Source: Eledone cirrhosa (taxonomy: Eukaryota). Taken from it: a stretch of DNA of 64,000 nt. The notes under the pieces were generated by a model, which was not told the DNA's origin, did no database searches, and saw only the letters and a program-made list of their open reading frames with translations. The stretch is from positions 49,166,001 to 49,230,000 of the forward strand of contig OZ024743.1 of assembly GCA_964016885.1 (NCBI GenBank), given 5' to 3'. The number at the start of each line of letters is the position of its first letter. Positions within the stretch are counted from its first letter, which is position 1. Positions 49,800 through 61,900 of the stretch are shown piece by piece. Made by a program: the position numbers and the translations under genes.

Positions 49800-50637
49800 T
49801 TTTGAAATATTTACTTATTTACTTCTACAGATTGATTTTTCTCAGTTTCAGAAGATCTTGTAAAAGGGTGAAAGCAAGATTCTTTGCTTAAACTTTAATA
49901 TGTACATATAATAAATATATATATATGTATGTATATATATATATATTTATATATATATATATATATATAATAATGATGATGATGATGATATGTGTGTATG
50001 TAGGTATATGTTTTAACACCTATTTGCAAGTGAGGTCTTGTTTCTATCAGTTTTAAACACAAAGGAATTAACTTACCTGGAAATGGGTTTGAATTGAAGC
50101 ATCACTGAAATAATATTTAGGCCTCTACTGTTCACAGATTTGTGTTAGTCTTTAGATCTACTTGCTTTACAGGAACACCATTTTCTAAAATAGTTTATAG
50201 TGTATTTCTTTTTTCTAGTTTTGTATTTTTTTAGTTTTACTTCTATTGTCCAGAGTCAGTACCATCATCATTTCTATGCCTGTTTTTCCATGTTTACATG
50301 GGTTAGACAAATCTTCTCTAGTACAATATCCTTCCACTTGTTTCTTTCCACTGGTCATCTCCTTATGAAATGTAATTTCTTGAAGTCAGCTTTCACCACC
50401 TTTCACTAAAAGAATGTCGAATATTTGGATATTATGGACTATTGGTGCAATTATTTTTACAACTGTTTGCTCTTTCTTGTACTGAATCCCTAACACCACA
50501 ATGATACCTGGTTTAACACCAGCACTGAACTCTTGGTATCTTTAGTGGAGTCCATTCTGTTGCAGATATTCAGGCCATGTCTCCAGTTTTAGGATACCTT
50601 CCTTCCTTCAGTATTGGAAACTCTGAAAAGAGGCATT

Positions 50638-50838
50638 AATAGGTACTGTCTTTTCCTCCTAATCAGTAAACATAGGTACTGTCTTTTCCTCCTAATCAGT
50701 AAACATAGGTGCTGTCTTTTCATCCTAATCAGTAAACATAGGTACTGTCTTTTGCTCCTAATCAGTAAACATAGGTACTGTCCTTTCATCCTGATCAGTA
50801 AACATAGGTACTCTCCTTTCATCCTAATCTGTAAATAC
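50638..50838. repeat. 33-bp minisatellite, about 6 copies
   Basis: Unit ataggtactgtcttttcctcctaatcagtaaac. Confidence 0.93.
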
Positions 50839-51585
50839 AGACATGTTTTCAACAGTTCTTTTCAACATGCTTCAAAATTTATATCTATTTTATGAATTAA
50901 TTGGTTCTCAACAACCTCATTTGTTAACTGATCTTAGTTGGTATGTAGCCTGCATGAAAGGTTTCCTGTTTGAGAAGTCTGTTCTCATTTATTTCTAGCT
51001 AAACTGATTGAGGAAAATAATGTTTTTTTTTTTTTTACTCTAGATGTCTAGTAAGGAAATACTAAATCATTATTTTCAGAAGATGTCTTGCTTCTTATTT
51101 AAATATTAAATAACTGAGATAGACTCATCATCATTTTACATCCGCTTTTCAGTTTGATGTTAGTTGGGTGTGTTGGTACAGTTTCAGTCAGTTCTTATTT
51201 GAAGTTACTACTGTAGATAGGTTTGGAGGACTATATTTTGATTGCACATTCCAATTGTGGAATGATTTATACAACTGGGTCTAAGTGTATTGGATACTTT
51301 TTATCATGGCACCAACACTAGAGCAGTTTCTTTGCTTCTACATGGCAATAGAGGCCTTCCACACTATGTTGTTTTCATTTTTCAAGGCAAATGTGCTTGA
51401 CAGTGTAATTTGGATGAGTATATAAGCGAGGTGTGGGCCTCTTGCAAGCAGGGAAAGTGCATAATAAATGATGATGATGGCTAAGAGGTTAAATGAGGAG
51501 AGATTATGATAGGATTGTAGGAGAAAGAGAGGGACAGTCTTAGCTAAATGCTACTTGTTGGTAGGAATAGGTTGATGGTATTGTG

Positions 51586-51781
51586 TATGAGGGTTGGCTG
51601 AAAAATGCATAGGCTGACCAAGATATCCTCATGCAATGACCAAATCAAGTTTAGTTTTCAACATAGTCTCTGGAAAGAAACGATAATAATAAGAAGAGTT
51701 GGAATTAATGCATGCAAGATTTCACAGCACTAGCATCACTTCTTCATAGTCAGCTTATGAACTTTTCAGCCCACCCTTGTA
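51586..51781. mobile_element. Mariner-type MITE with TA target duplication
   Basis: TA-tgagggttggctgaaaaatgcataggctgac ... gtcagcttatgaacttttcagcccacccttg-TA (imperfect about 30-bp TIRs). Confidence 0.75.
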
Positions 51782-53229
51782 TTTCCACTTCATTGATGGC
51801 CAACTGAGTAAGGTATTATATATTTGTTGGTGTTGAGATAAAATCCACTGAAACTGTTTTGTTGTCTCATTGAGAAGTTCATCTAAATTCTAGTAATAGT
51901 TACCAGATCTAGTGATGTTACCTGTTATAAACTAGGTGAGAGGAGTTGAGCTGGAAGTCGGGAGAAGATGGGCTGTGACTGGTCATCACTGCTGATCCAT
52001 CAAATAGAGGATATTGTGGTTTAGGGTTGAAACGCCCAGTTGGACACCATTTAACATTTCCTGGTCAAAGGCTAGTTATAAGTAAATGACTGAATGTGTC
52101 AATCTGATGTAGATGTATCTTTTGGTGTTAAATCCAAATTAAGCTTTGGGGAAATATGTTGCCTTAACCATGGCTTTAGCTTTCTTCCAACACCTCTACA
52201 AAAGCCATTATCTCAAATAACTGAGCAAAGTTACAAAATTCTTATTGTAAACATTTGCCTATATCATATTTCACTATCAGACCTTCAATACTGAAAGTTC
52301 TTCCTTTATAGATCAGATCACAGGTAAAAATAAAAAAAGTAACAGAATAGAGAGATTATTCTTCACTTGTAATCTCTTGTAACAATATCAAGTAAATAAA
52401 GTATTATGTAAAATTCACTCTTTTTCTGTTTACATGCCATTTGTATAAAGGTTGTTTATACAGGTTGGTTTCTCTATCTTTGATGTTATTGTATTATATA
52501 TTTCTAATGTCATATCAGTCTACTTTTACCTGTTTCAAATACCAAATATGGTTATGCCAGAGAAATGAAAACATTTACTATATATACCTGGGTATAAGTC
52601 ATGCCTCCATTTTATATGCAATATTTACAATGCACCATATATTTTCAGTTGGAGTTTTATAGCTCCAGTAGATAAGTTGGATGTTGGATTTTCATGTCAT
52701 ATTTTTGTGGATAAAGGTTACAACACATACACAGGTGTGTGTGTGGGAGGATCCTTCAGTTTGTGTCAAAAGACACAACAACCTCTCTGCACTTGATCTG
52801 AAGCGGGATACAGACCTCTTGGCCCCTCTGGGAGGTTAGTAGCCCCACTTCAGTGCTGACTTAGTCTATGTAAACCCATCCAACCTTTGCTAGCAGGGAA
52901 AGTGGACGTTAAATGATGATATATATATATACACTATAGGGTAAAGCATGTCCAGAGAATTATTTGATAATATATATACATCATCTCTACTCCCAATCAG
53001 CATAATTAACCACACAAAAAAATCAATTAGACCAGGCTATAAGAATAAAAGGCATCTATGAAGAAACAGTAAATAAATACGCCAATGCGGCATCTTCGCG
53101 TACAACCGCTATAGAATATTTACCCAACATTTCAACAGCATGTGGAAATTAATTAAATATACGGTCAACCATACATAATTAGGTAAAAATTAATGTTAGA
53201 AATGCTTATATACATACCAGGATTAAATC

Positions 53230-53263
<34 letters not shown>

Positions 53264-53795
53264 ATATATATAAATAAACATACACTATAAACTTGGGTAT
53301 ACATCGCGTCTCTATTTTGCATACATTTATAATGTACCATATATTTTGAATTGAGGTTTTGTAGCACCAGTAGAAATGTCACATACTATAGGGGTAGTAA
53401 GGTATGCATATACATATATATATATATAATATGCTTTTACTCATCGTGATTTTATATATATTTATATATATCTGGATATAATAATGGTTTTTATCTTGAG
53501 TGCAAATCCAAAAATTAGGGTTTGGGGAGAACATCAAATAAACTGCCTTGTGTTATTTGTACTGGCTGTTCCAGATTCATAGCCTGATGTGACCTACCTA
53601 TGTGGTAGACATAATCCATCGTCTGAATGAGTGCTTTTAGCAATGTCCACTCTTCTGTTGCAAGTATTTAGGTTAGGTCTCTACTTTAAGAATATCTTCC
53701 TTTCTTCCTCCCACCAGTCTTGGAGACTCTGGAAAAGGTTATGGGCACTTCTTTTCCCAAATAAACAGTAGTCAAACATAGATCAACCAATAATA

Positions 53796-56266
53796 TCATC
53801 ATCAGCATCATCATTTTTACGACCGCTTTTCCCTGCTTGCAAGGGTGGAACAGGTCTTATTCAGCACATCATCTCTTTACTTGTCACGGTCCTTCGTTAT
53901 CTCCACCGTGAGCTTCAGCAATCTGAGGTCTGCTCTCACCACCTCCGCCCATGTTTTTCGTGGTCTACCACGTCTTCCTTCAACTGGCATTTCCTGGCAC
54001 TTCTTCACCCATCGGTCATCTTCCATGCGCATCACATGTCCATACCACCTCAGTCTCCTCTCCCGTACACTACATTCTATCCCTCTCAGACACAGTTTCT
54101 CTCTCAACACATTCATGCTGGGTCGTTCACGCACATTAACATTGCTCATCCAACGGAGCATGCTTGCCTCATTTCTCTCCAACCATCGCATATCCTCTGC
54201 AGTTGCTGCCCATGTCTCACTACCATGCAGCATCGTGCTCCTCACACGGGCATCATATAACCGGCCTTTCGTATGCAGGGAGAAACCCTTCTTCATCAGC
54301 AGAGGAAGCAGCTCCCTAAACTTCTTCCAACCCATCCTATTCTAGATACTATGGCCTCGGAATACCCCCCTCCCATGCTAATCGGATCTCCTAGGTACCG
54401 GAAGCTATCTACCACTTCTACAGCACCCGCCTGCATTTGAAAAATGTGTCTATCAATGCGACTTCTACTGTTTAATTTCCCTGTACATCTACTGCATACG
54501 TATTTCTCCCTACCTGTTAGTTTGCCTGCTATCCCACTACATCTCTTGTGTACCAAAGATCTGCATTGTGTGCATTTTATAGAATTTATTCCAGTTCCTT
54601 TTCTGCATATCGAACATGGCCATTTCCCTGACGGAATCAGAGTTTTGTCCTCTTTTCTATTCCTCAACACTTTTGTCTTAGCTAGGTTCATTCTCAGTCC
54701 TCTTGATTCCAACTGCTGTTTCCATAGCCAGAATTTATTTTCTAGCTCCTCTACTGATTCTGCTATAAGAACCAGATAGTCAGCATAGAGAAGTTCCCAT
54801 GGACAGCCAGTCTTAAACTCCTCTGTTATGGCTTGGAGGACTATAATGAACAAGAGCGGACTGAGGACTGAACCTTGATGTACTCCTACTTGTATCTGGA
54901 ATTCCTCACTAAACTCCATTCCTACCCTGACTTTACTGACAGCACCTCTGTACAAAGTTTGCACTGTCCTCACAAGCCATTCCTCAACACCTAGTTTCCT
55001 TAGGGACCACCAGATGACAGATTGCGGTACCCTATCAAAGGCCTTCTCTAGGTCAACAAAAGCTAAGTATAGTGGCTTATTCTTCTCTAAGAACCTCTCT
55101 TGTAATTGTCTCACCAAGAAGAGGGCATCTGTTGTACTTTTCCCAGGCACAAAACTAAACTCATCTAGTTTGACCCTTTCTCTAATTAGTTGTGCTAATA
55201 TCCTTTCTGCCACTTTCATAACCTGATCCATCAGTTTTATACCCCTATAATTGCTCCTCTCCAGAGCATCCCCTTTACTTTTATAGTAATTTATGAGAAT
55301 ACTGCTGCACCAGTCTTTGGCTATGACACCACCATATATAGCCTGATTGATGATGTGTGCAACCAGTTTAGTGCATATGTCCCCTGATGCCTTCAGCATC
55401 TCAGCAACTATCCCCGACGGTCCAGCGGCCTTACCATTTTTCATTTCCTTAATTGCCTCTTGGACCCTATACTCGTCAATCTCAATAGCTGGCCCCTCTG
55501 TCGGATCTACTGAGGGTAATTTCTCTCTCTCCCATTTGTTCTCCACATACATCAGTCTCTCATAATGACATTTCCAGGCCTCCTTTTTCTGATCATTGGT
55601 GACACTAAGTACACCAGCATCATTCCAGACACATTTATCTCCAACAACATCCTGATTTGCATTGACACACTGCCTTGCAATGTGGAACACCGCATGTCTC
55701 TGATCTTTCTGTCGCAGAACATTGGCAAACCTCCTACTCTCAGCCCCCCTGCGTGCTAAGTACATCTGACGTCTAGCTTCTCTCTTAGCGGCTGTATATC
55801 CTTCTCTATTCCCACCCTTTTCCCAAGCCTTCCATGCTAGTCTTTTGTCTCTAATGGCCCTATCTACCATGCTGTTCCACCACCAGGTCACTCTCTGTCT
55901 CGTTGGAGCTCTGCTCCAGCCACAAGTTTCATCAGTAGCCTGCAGTAAGTGTCACGTAAGAAATTCCAGTTATTATCTATGTCATGCGTCTCTAAATCGT
56001 CTTCTTTTTCGTCATACACATCTTGAAGGGCTTTCCTAAATTTGTATTTTAGTGAAAGGTCTTTTAGCTTCCAGACCTTTCTTCTCCACACCTTCTTGTA
56101 TGTCTCATTCCGTCTCTTGCTTACTGAGATATCACTAACGACTAACCTATGCTGTGGGGTACATTCTTCCCCAGGGTATGCCTTGGTATTTGACACCATA
56201 TGCCTGTCCCGCTGCCTCACTAGTAAGAAGTCAATCTGGCTTATGTGCTCGCCTGATTTGTATTGA
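53796..56266 (-). mobile_element. Longest RTE LINE copy (APE endonuclease C-terminus, RT, PHD), frameshifted, antisense in the PKA-RI intron
   Basis: 'YKSGEHISQIDFLLVR...GEECTPQHRLVV', 'NYRGIKL', 'FVDLEKAFDRVP', 'GVHQGSVLSP', 'LYADYL', 'WPCSICRKG', 'RRGRPRKTW'. Confidence 0.95.
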
Positions 56267-56488
56267 CACTCATACGTACGGCACACACACTCACACACCA
56301 ACTCATGCATACAAACACACGCCACTCCCACCCACACTCACACACCAACACTCATGCATACAAACACACGCACGCCACTCACACACACACATCCATATAT
56401 TACTGTCATTACTGATACAAGATCATGTCAACTGGTGACTTTAGAAGGAGCTCATATAATTGAAGCCGAGTGTTACAGTTCAGTATTA

Positions 56489-56666
56489 TTATGGCAGTAT
56501 CGGTAGAGGATCGGACGCCATGCTTGGAGCATAGTTACATCCCTTTACGTTCTGAGTTCAAATTACACCAAGGTTAACTTTGCCTTACATCCTTATGGGG
56601 TCGATAAAATAAAGTATCTGTCACGCACTGGGATAATTACTGGCCTTGTGCCAAAAGTAGAAACAA
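56489..56666 (+). mobile_element. tRNA-derived SINE, family 2 (tail interrupted by a Helitron)
   Basis: atggcagtatcggtagaggatcgg...ctgagttcaaatt...ggccttgtgccaaaagtagaaacaa. Confidence 0.85.
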
Positions 56667-57208
56667 TCTAAACTATAATAAAGGAAGGTCTGTGGGACTG
56701 CATACAGTTTATTTTTTTTTATCCCGTTAGTAAAATAAGTTGGATTACTTTGAATAAATAATGAATGAATATTACATAATCTATGTGCTAAATTTCGTAA
56801 ACAAAAATAATTTCGTAAAAATAAATAATTTAAAATTGACTTCTTTTCAAAGTTGCACTTCCGGTATATCGTTGCCACCACCATCACTTCAACTACCATA
56901 TATATAGAGAGAGTGTGTGACGTCAACACTTCCGGTGGCGATCACTTAAATAAACATACAAATATTCTGTCACTAATTTTCTCCTAATGCAGTTTATATA
57001 TAATATCGTCTTTTTTTAATGTATCATGGATTACGTTACTGATTACATAAGACAGTGTAACAACGTCTTCATTCAATTTCTGTTTATATTGTCAATTACG
57101 ATTTTATTTGATGTATCATATCTACATGTATATATACTTGCGTATAATGTCAATATACACACTACACATGCTAGCAGAAAATCACCAGAAGGGTGGTTTT
57201 TCTGCTAG
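56667..57208 (+). mobile_element. Full-length non-autonomous Helitron (about 540 bp)
   Basis: A|TCTAAACTATAATAAAG ... subterminal hairpin (agaaaatcacc-agaa-gggtggtttttct) ... CTAG|T; inserted at A|T in the SINE tail 'gaaacaa|ttatta' with no TSD; second copy at 15348-15773. Confidence 0.8.
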
Positions 57209-57459
57209 TTATTATAATAATTGTTTGTTTTACAGCATAGAGCTACGGCCCTCCACGATCCGGGCCCAAAAGAAGGCACCAGCAATGCGCTGGGATAATC
57301 GCTGCCCCGTGCCAAGAACAGAATAATTACTATTATTATAGTTGTTATGGTGGTGGTGTCAGTTGATGTTGTTGTTCATTTCACTCTGATGCTGCTGCTG
57401 CAGACAATGGTATTTGTAGTTGTTGTTGTAGTTGCTGGGTTGAAATCTGCTCGCATCGA

Positions 57460-57503
<44 letters not shown>

Positions 57504-57541
57504 CAAATATTAATAAAATAGATGTTCTTTTGATCAATTAC

Positions 57542-57594
57542 ATTTTATTATACATATTTCGGATGTACAACAGTACGTCCTCATCAGACAAAAT
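57542..57594 (-). ncRNA. Minimal type I hammerhead ribozyme (family B variant with a different stem II) within a fold-back element at about 57495-57680
   Basis: Minus strand: AUUUUGU-CUGAUGA-GGAcGUAC-uguu-GUACaUCC-GAAA-UAUGUA-UA-AUAAAAU. Confidence 0.85.
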
Positions 57595-57854
57595 ATAATG
57601 ATATATGACATACCCTGAGATGTTAAATGGTTAAGATTTAATCAAGAACATCTATTTTATTAATATTTGTATTTTAATATTAATAACTCTGGAAAATTAT
57701 TTTCTGTAGAGTGCTTCCAATCTACTGTAAAACACATTCTTTGATATACTCATTGAATCTTGTCTAACTCTTTTTCTCTCTCTCTTTCTTTCTCTCTAAC
57801 TCAACGACTTATTTTAAAATATCCAATACTAATAATAATATAAGTAAACAACTC

Positions 57855-58320
57855 CACTATCCGGGAGCTTCCAACAGTAATGGTTGCATTTTTTAAGGGT
57901 ATGTCAATATTTATTTATAAAACTGATCTATATTGTATTTTGTCTGATGAAAGCACACCATAATTTAACGTGGTGTCCTTGAAATATGTATAATAAAATA
58001 AATATGGTTTTATAAATATAGTTTCCATTTGTTAATATCGTATATTTACTCCAAATATTTGTTGAGTGTTTTATATCAGTTATAAAAATATTTGCTTGTT
58101 GTATCCCAACAATTTAAATAGAACTTTTGGGCATTGGTAAAATATAATGTCCGGGGAAAGTGAAACTAATTTTTATGACAAGTGAATGTGTTTGTTTTTT
58201 AGTATTGCGTGTGTGAAATGTAAAATTTAAAGAGATTGCTCTGGAAAAATATATGGAATATATCTGTAGCTTCCACAGCTTTTGTCAACATTTCCCCGGA
58301 GTCCAATGAGCAAAACTTTT
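57855..58320 (+). mobile_element. Hammerhead-bearing element family B, linear copy with downstream inverted repeat
   Basis: Colinear with 49192-49387 and with the reverse complement of 49003-49183; 'tccggggaaa'/'tttccccgga' and 'cattgg'/'ccaatg' inverted blocks at 58130-58310. Confidence 0.75.
57937..57999 (+). ncRNA. Minimal type I hammerhead ribozyme (family B), sense strand of the PKA-RI intron
   Basis: ATTTTGT-CTGATGA-AAGcACACCA-taatttaacg-TGGTGTcCTT-GAAA-TATGTA-TA-ATAAAAT. Confidence 0.85.
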
Positions 58321-58440
58321 GTTGTATTTTGATATTTCAGAATACGAAAATTATTAAAAGCTTACCCTCACGAAAAACAGTGTGTTGTCCGATCTATAAG
58401 CTCCCTGTATATATATATTATATCTATTTTCATTATTATT

Positions 58441-58625
58441 ATTGGCAGTATCGGTAGAGAGTCGGACGCCATGCTTTGCAGCAAAGAGTTACGGCCCTTT
58501 ATGGTCTGAGTTCAAATCCCGCCAAGGTTAACTTTGCCTTTCATCCTTACGGGGTCAATAAAATAAAGTACCAGTAATGTACGAGGTAATTGCTGGCCTT
58601 GTGCCAAAAGTAGAAACAATTATTA
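58441..58625 (+). mobile_element. tRNA-derived SINE, family 2 (other decayed copies at about 28590-28770, 32750-32905, 41934-42030)
   Basis: attggcagtatcggtagag...gagttcaaatcccgcc...ggccttgtgccaaaagtagaaacaatt. Confidence 0.87.
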
Positions 58626-58735
58626 TTTTTTTGTAATAGGTTAGGCAGATCTTTAGGATGGTTTCTTCTGTATAGATTACTGTAATCTTCAGTAACAGTT
58701 TTCAGCCTCCTAGAGATTAGTTTTCATCAACAGTT

Positions 58736-58993
58736 TTAACTTTTTTGTTACCATATTCCTAATGAAATAGACTACCTATGATTTTGAAATCATTTTGAAA
58801 ATAATCAAGAATTTGAAGGAATTTAGTAAAATACAACTTTCTCATTATTAAACTGGTATTTTGGAACATAACAAAGGTTCTTACATAAAATAATGATGGC
58901 AGGATTTTTGATAAATATAAACACTTTAAAATAAACAATTTTGTATCTTAGAACCAAGGCTGGTTTCAGGTGGTTTGGTATCAATAGGATTAA
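58736..58993 (+). mobile_element. Old TTAA-flanked MITE family (also at about 60359-60613)
   Basis: ttaact.ttt..ttacca ... tcaa.aggattaa ends and shared internal blocks (ggaacataa, tcttac.caaaa, agaac.aggc..tcagg). Confidence 0.55.
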
Positions 58994-61900
58994 TGAACTT
59001 TAGCAATTACTGTTCATTTAGATTTGGCGCTTTTATTTTCTTTATCTTATATATTAACTAAAATGGCAAGCGAATACTAGTTTGGTTGTCTTAAGGTAAA
59101 GATTGCTGAAAGGTTTCACAAGCTGTCTACTTGACATTATTCAGCTGGTTGTTAAGACATACACTTCATGTCTGTAATAGAAGGCTTAGCTATTGGTTAA
59201 AGTGGGACCTTCTTAAGTGGACCAAATGTTGGAAAGGTTAAGCAATATCAAATAAAAATATAACTATCTACATCACATTTATGTTAACCATGCTAGCTTG
59301 GAAAAAATCATGTTAAACTGTGATGATATCTGATATGTTTTTATTAATAGTTGCAGGCATGGTTATGTTGTGAAGTTTGTTTCACCACCTCAGAGTTTTG
59401 ATTTTTATCTGTGTGGCACTTTGAGCAAGTGTCTTGTACTAAAACCTTGGGCTGACCAAGGCTTTGTGAGTGAATTTGGTAGATGTTGGTATACCATTGT
59501 TAGTATGAATGTGGTTACTGCATGCATCATCATATAGACAATGTTTAAGTTTGTTTATTATTCATGTAAACAATATGTCCTGTATCATGTGAAAGGCCAT
59601 TGTGTGTGAGAGAGATAAAATAAGTACCAGCTTTGAAATAATAAGTATTAGGAAGACCCTTAAGTCATGTCAAGGACATGACAACCTCCCTAGTGTTGGT
59701 GATCTATATGATAAATGTATCCAGTACATGGTGTAAAGTAGTTGATGATATGAAGGGCATCCAGCCATAGAAAGCTTATCAAATAAAGATTTGGGAGGAA
59801 CCTTCAGTTGTGTCAAAGACATGACAACCTCTCTTGTGCACTTGGTAGAATGTGAGACTGTACATAAGCAAGATGCAGAACCCTGGCCTGTCTAGGAGGT
59901 CAGTTGCTCTGCTTTAGTAATGACTTGGTCTATGTAGACCCAGACCCAACCCTTATGTGAATGTCTAATAGAATGGTAGTTGTGTAGATTAGACTAGAGT
60001 TGGGGAGGTTTATAGTTCAGTGGAGACAGACAAGAGTTGGGGAGGTTTATACTTTAGTGAAGACAGACTAAATTTGATGTTGTTTATGGTTTAGTGAAGA
60101 CAACTCTACTCTTTCAGTTGCTAAGAGATGGTCTATTTATGTCCACTTGTATGCACAACCTTTCTTATAAATTGTTTAAAGTCTCCCTGTAAAGGCCACT
60201 CCTTATACTTGACTATGCAGCTGTTGTTTTTATTAATGATAATCATGCTCAATGTTTGTTTATTTGACTTGTAAACATTGCTTGTTGATTGAAAAATGTC
60301 TTTAGAGGGATAAAATGAAAATGTAAAATAGGTATATATACCTTGTCCCTTTTGTATTTAACTCTTTCATTACCAAATTTCTAATGAAAGACCCTGCCTA
60401 TAATTTTCAAATAATTCTGAAAATAATGAAAAATTTGGAAAGATTTGGTAATATAACTAACTTTCTCCATTTTTTTCATCTGGTGCTTAGAACATAACTT
60501 AATGAAGATTCTTACACAAAATCATGATGGAAGGTTTATAAACAGTATAATGTAAAATATAAACATCGTAGAACTAGGCACAGCTTCAGGTAGTTTAGAA
60601 TCAAAAGGATTAAAACTTTGCAAATATGTTCTGAAAAGTTGTGTCTTAGCCACGAGAAAACCAATTAGCTATTGCAAGTTGTAGAGATACATAATGCTAC
60701 TTTGATCAGCTAGGTGAAAATCAGTGAAATAAGTACCATACTTAATAGAGGTTGACATAAGGAAGTACTGCCTCAAAAACAGTTTTGTCCAACTCCTTGC
60801 TAATTCCTGTCCTACATAAATGGCTCAGACTAAATGAAATGGAAGGAGCTATCTTTTCTGGAATTCCCTATCATTATGTTTCCATATTATTGTTCACAAA
60901 GGAACAACAATATGGAAACAAAGAATATATAGTGATGATAAAATAACCCTGAAAAGGTATGCAGAACACCTAAAAGAAACAGATTTTACTTCAGATTATC
61001 CAGGAGTCACAAGCTTTGAAGACATTCACTGTAATGGTTGTGTAATGTACAATATTTACAAAGCAGTAACTGAAAGTAATAGACATTTGTTAATGATAAG
61101 AAATGGGTGTGTTAATGATAAGAAATGGGTGTGATATATATAAGAAACAGTAGAAGGCAGAATGCCTTCCAAGCTGTGAGAATTGTTTACCATTATAAGT
61201 ACCCTAAACTGAGTGATTCCCTGTTGTTATTCCAGTAGTTTGAGCAGCAATTTGTTCAGAATTTCATAGCAGAGAGTCAAATAAATGAGAAATCTTTCAG
61301 TAGTACACTGCATGATATGCAATAAAAGTTCATAATTTACAGTCTACACTTCCATGTCTTAGGAATAGCTGAATGTGTGCCAGTGTTTAATGATGATATC
61401 AATAGAGTTCATATAGAGAATACTGCTGATAGCTGACGTTAAGATCCAACAATGTTTAAATCAGCTGCAATGTTACACATTTGACTGCATCATAGAATGT
61501 CTAGATGATAATGATGTAGAACATAGGCTCTGCTTGCTTGATAGCTATGGAAGTTCAGGTAAAACACACCTGTACAATATACAGTTATAAGTATGTGCTG
61601 TCCTATGCAGCAACTGGCATTGCTGCTGATTTGCTGAAGGATGATTGGGCAGTTAGTTGACAGTTTAAAATATATTTAAACACTCATACTCAGAAATAAT
61701 GTTTCCTCTGAGGAAACACCATTGACTGCAACTGCCTAGCTTCTACCTTTTAAAATGTCATACAACCACTCTCCTGATTTGTGACAGATCATTTTGTAGT
61801 TAATGAAGGCCTTTTCAAAGTCAAGATATGCCATATCTCGTTTTGACTGGTTGAACACCTGTTCCAATATTCATAATACTAGAGAAGTTGTGTGAGGCAG

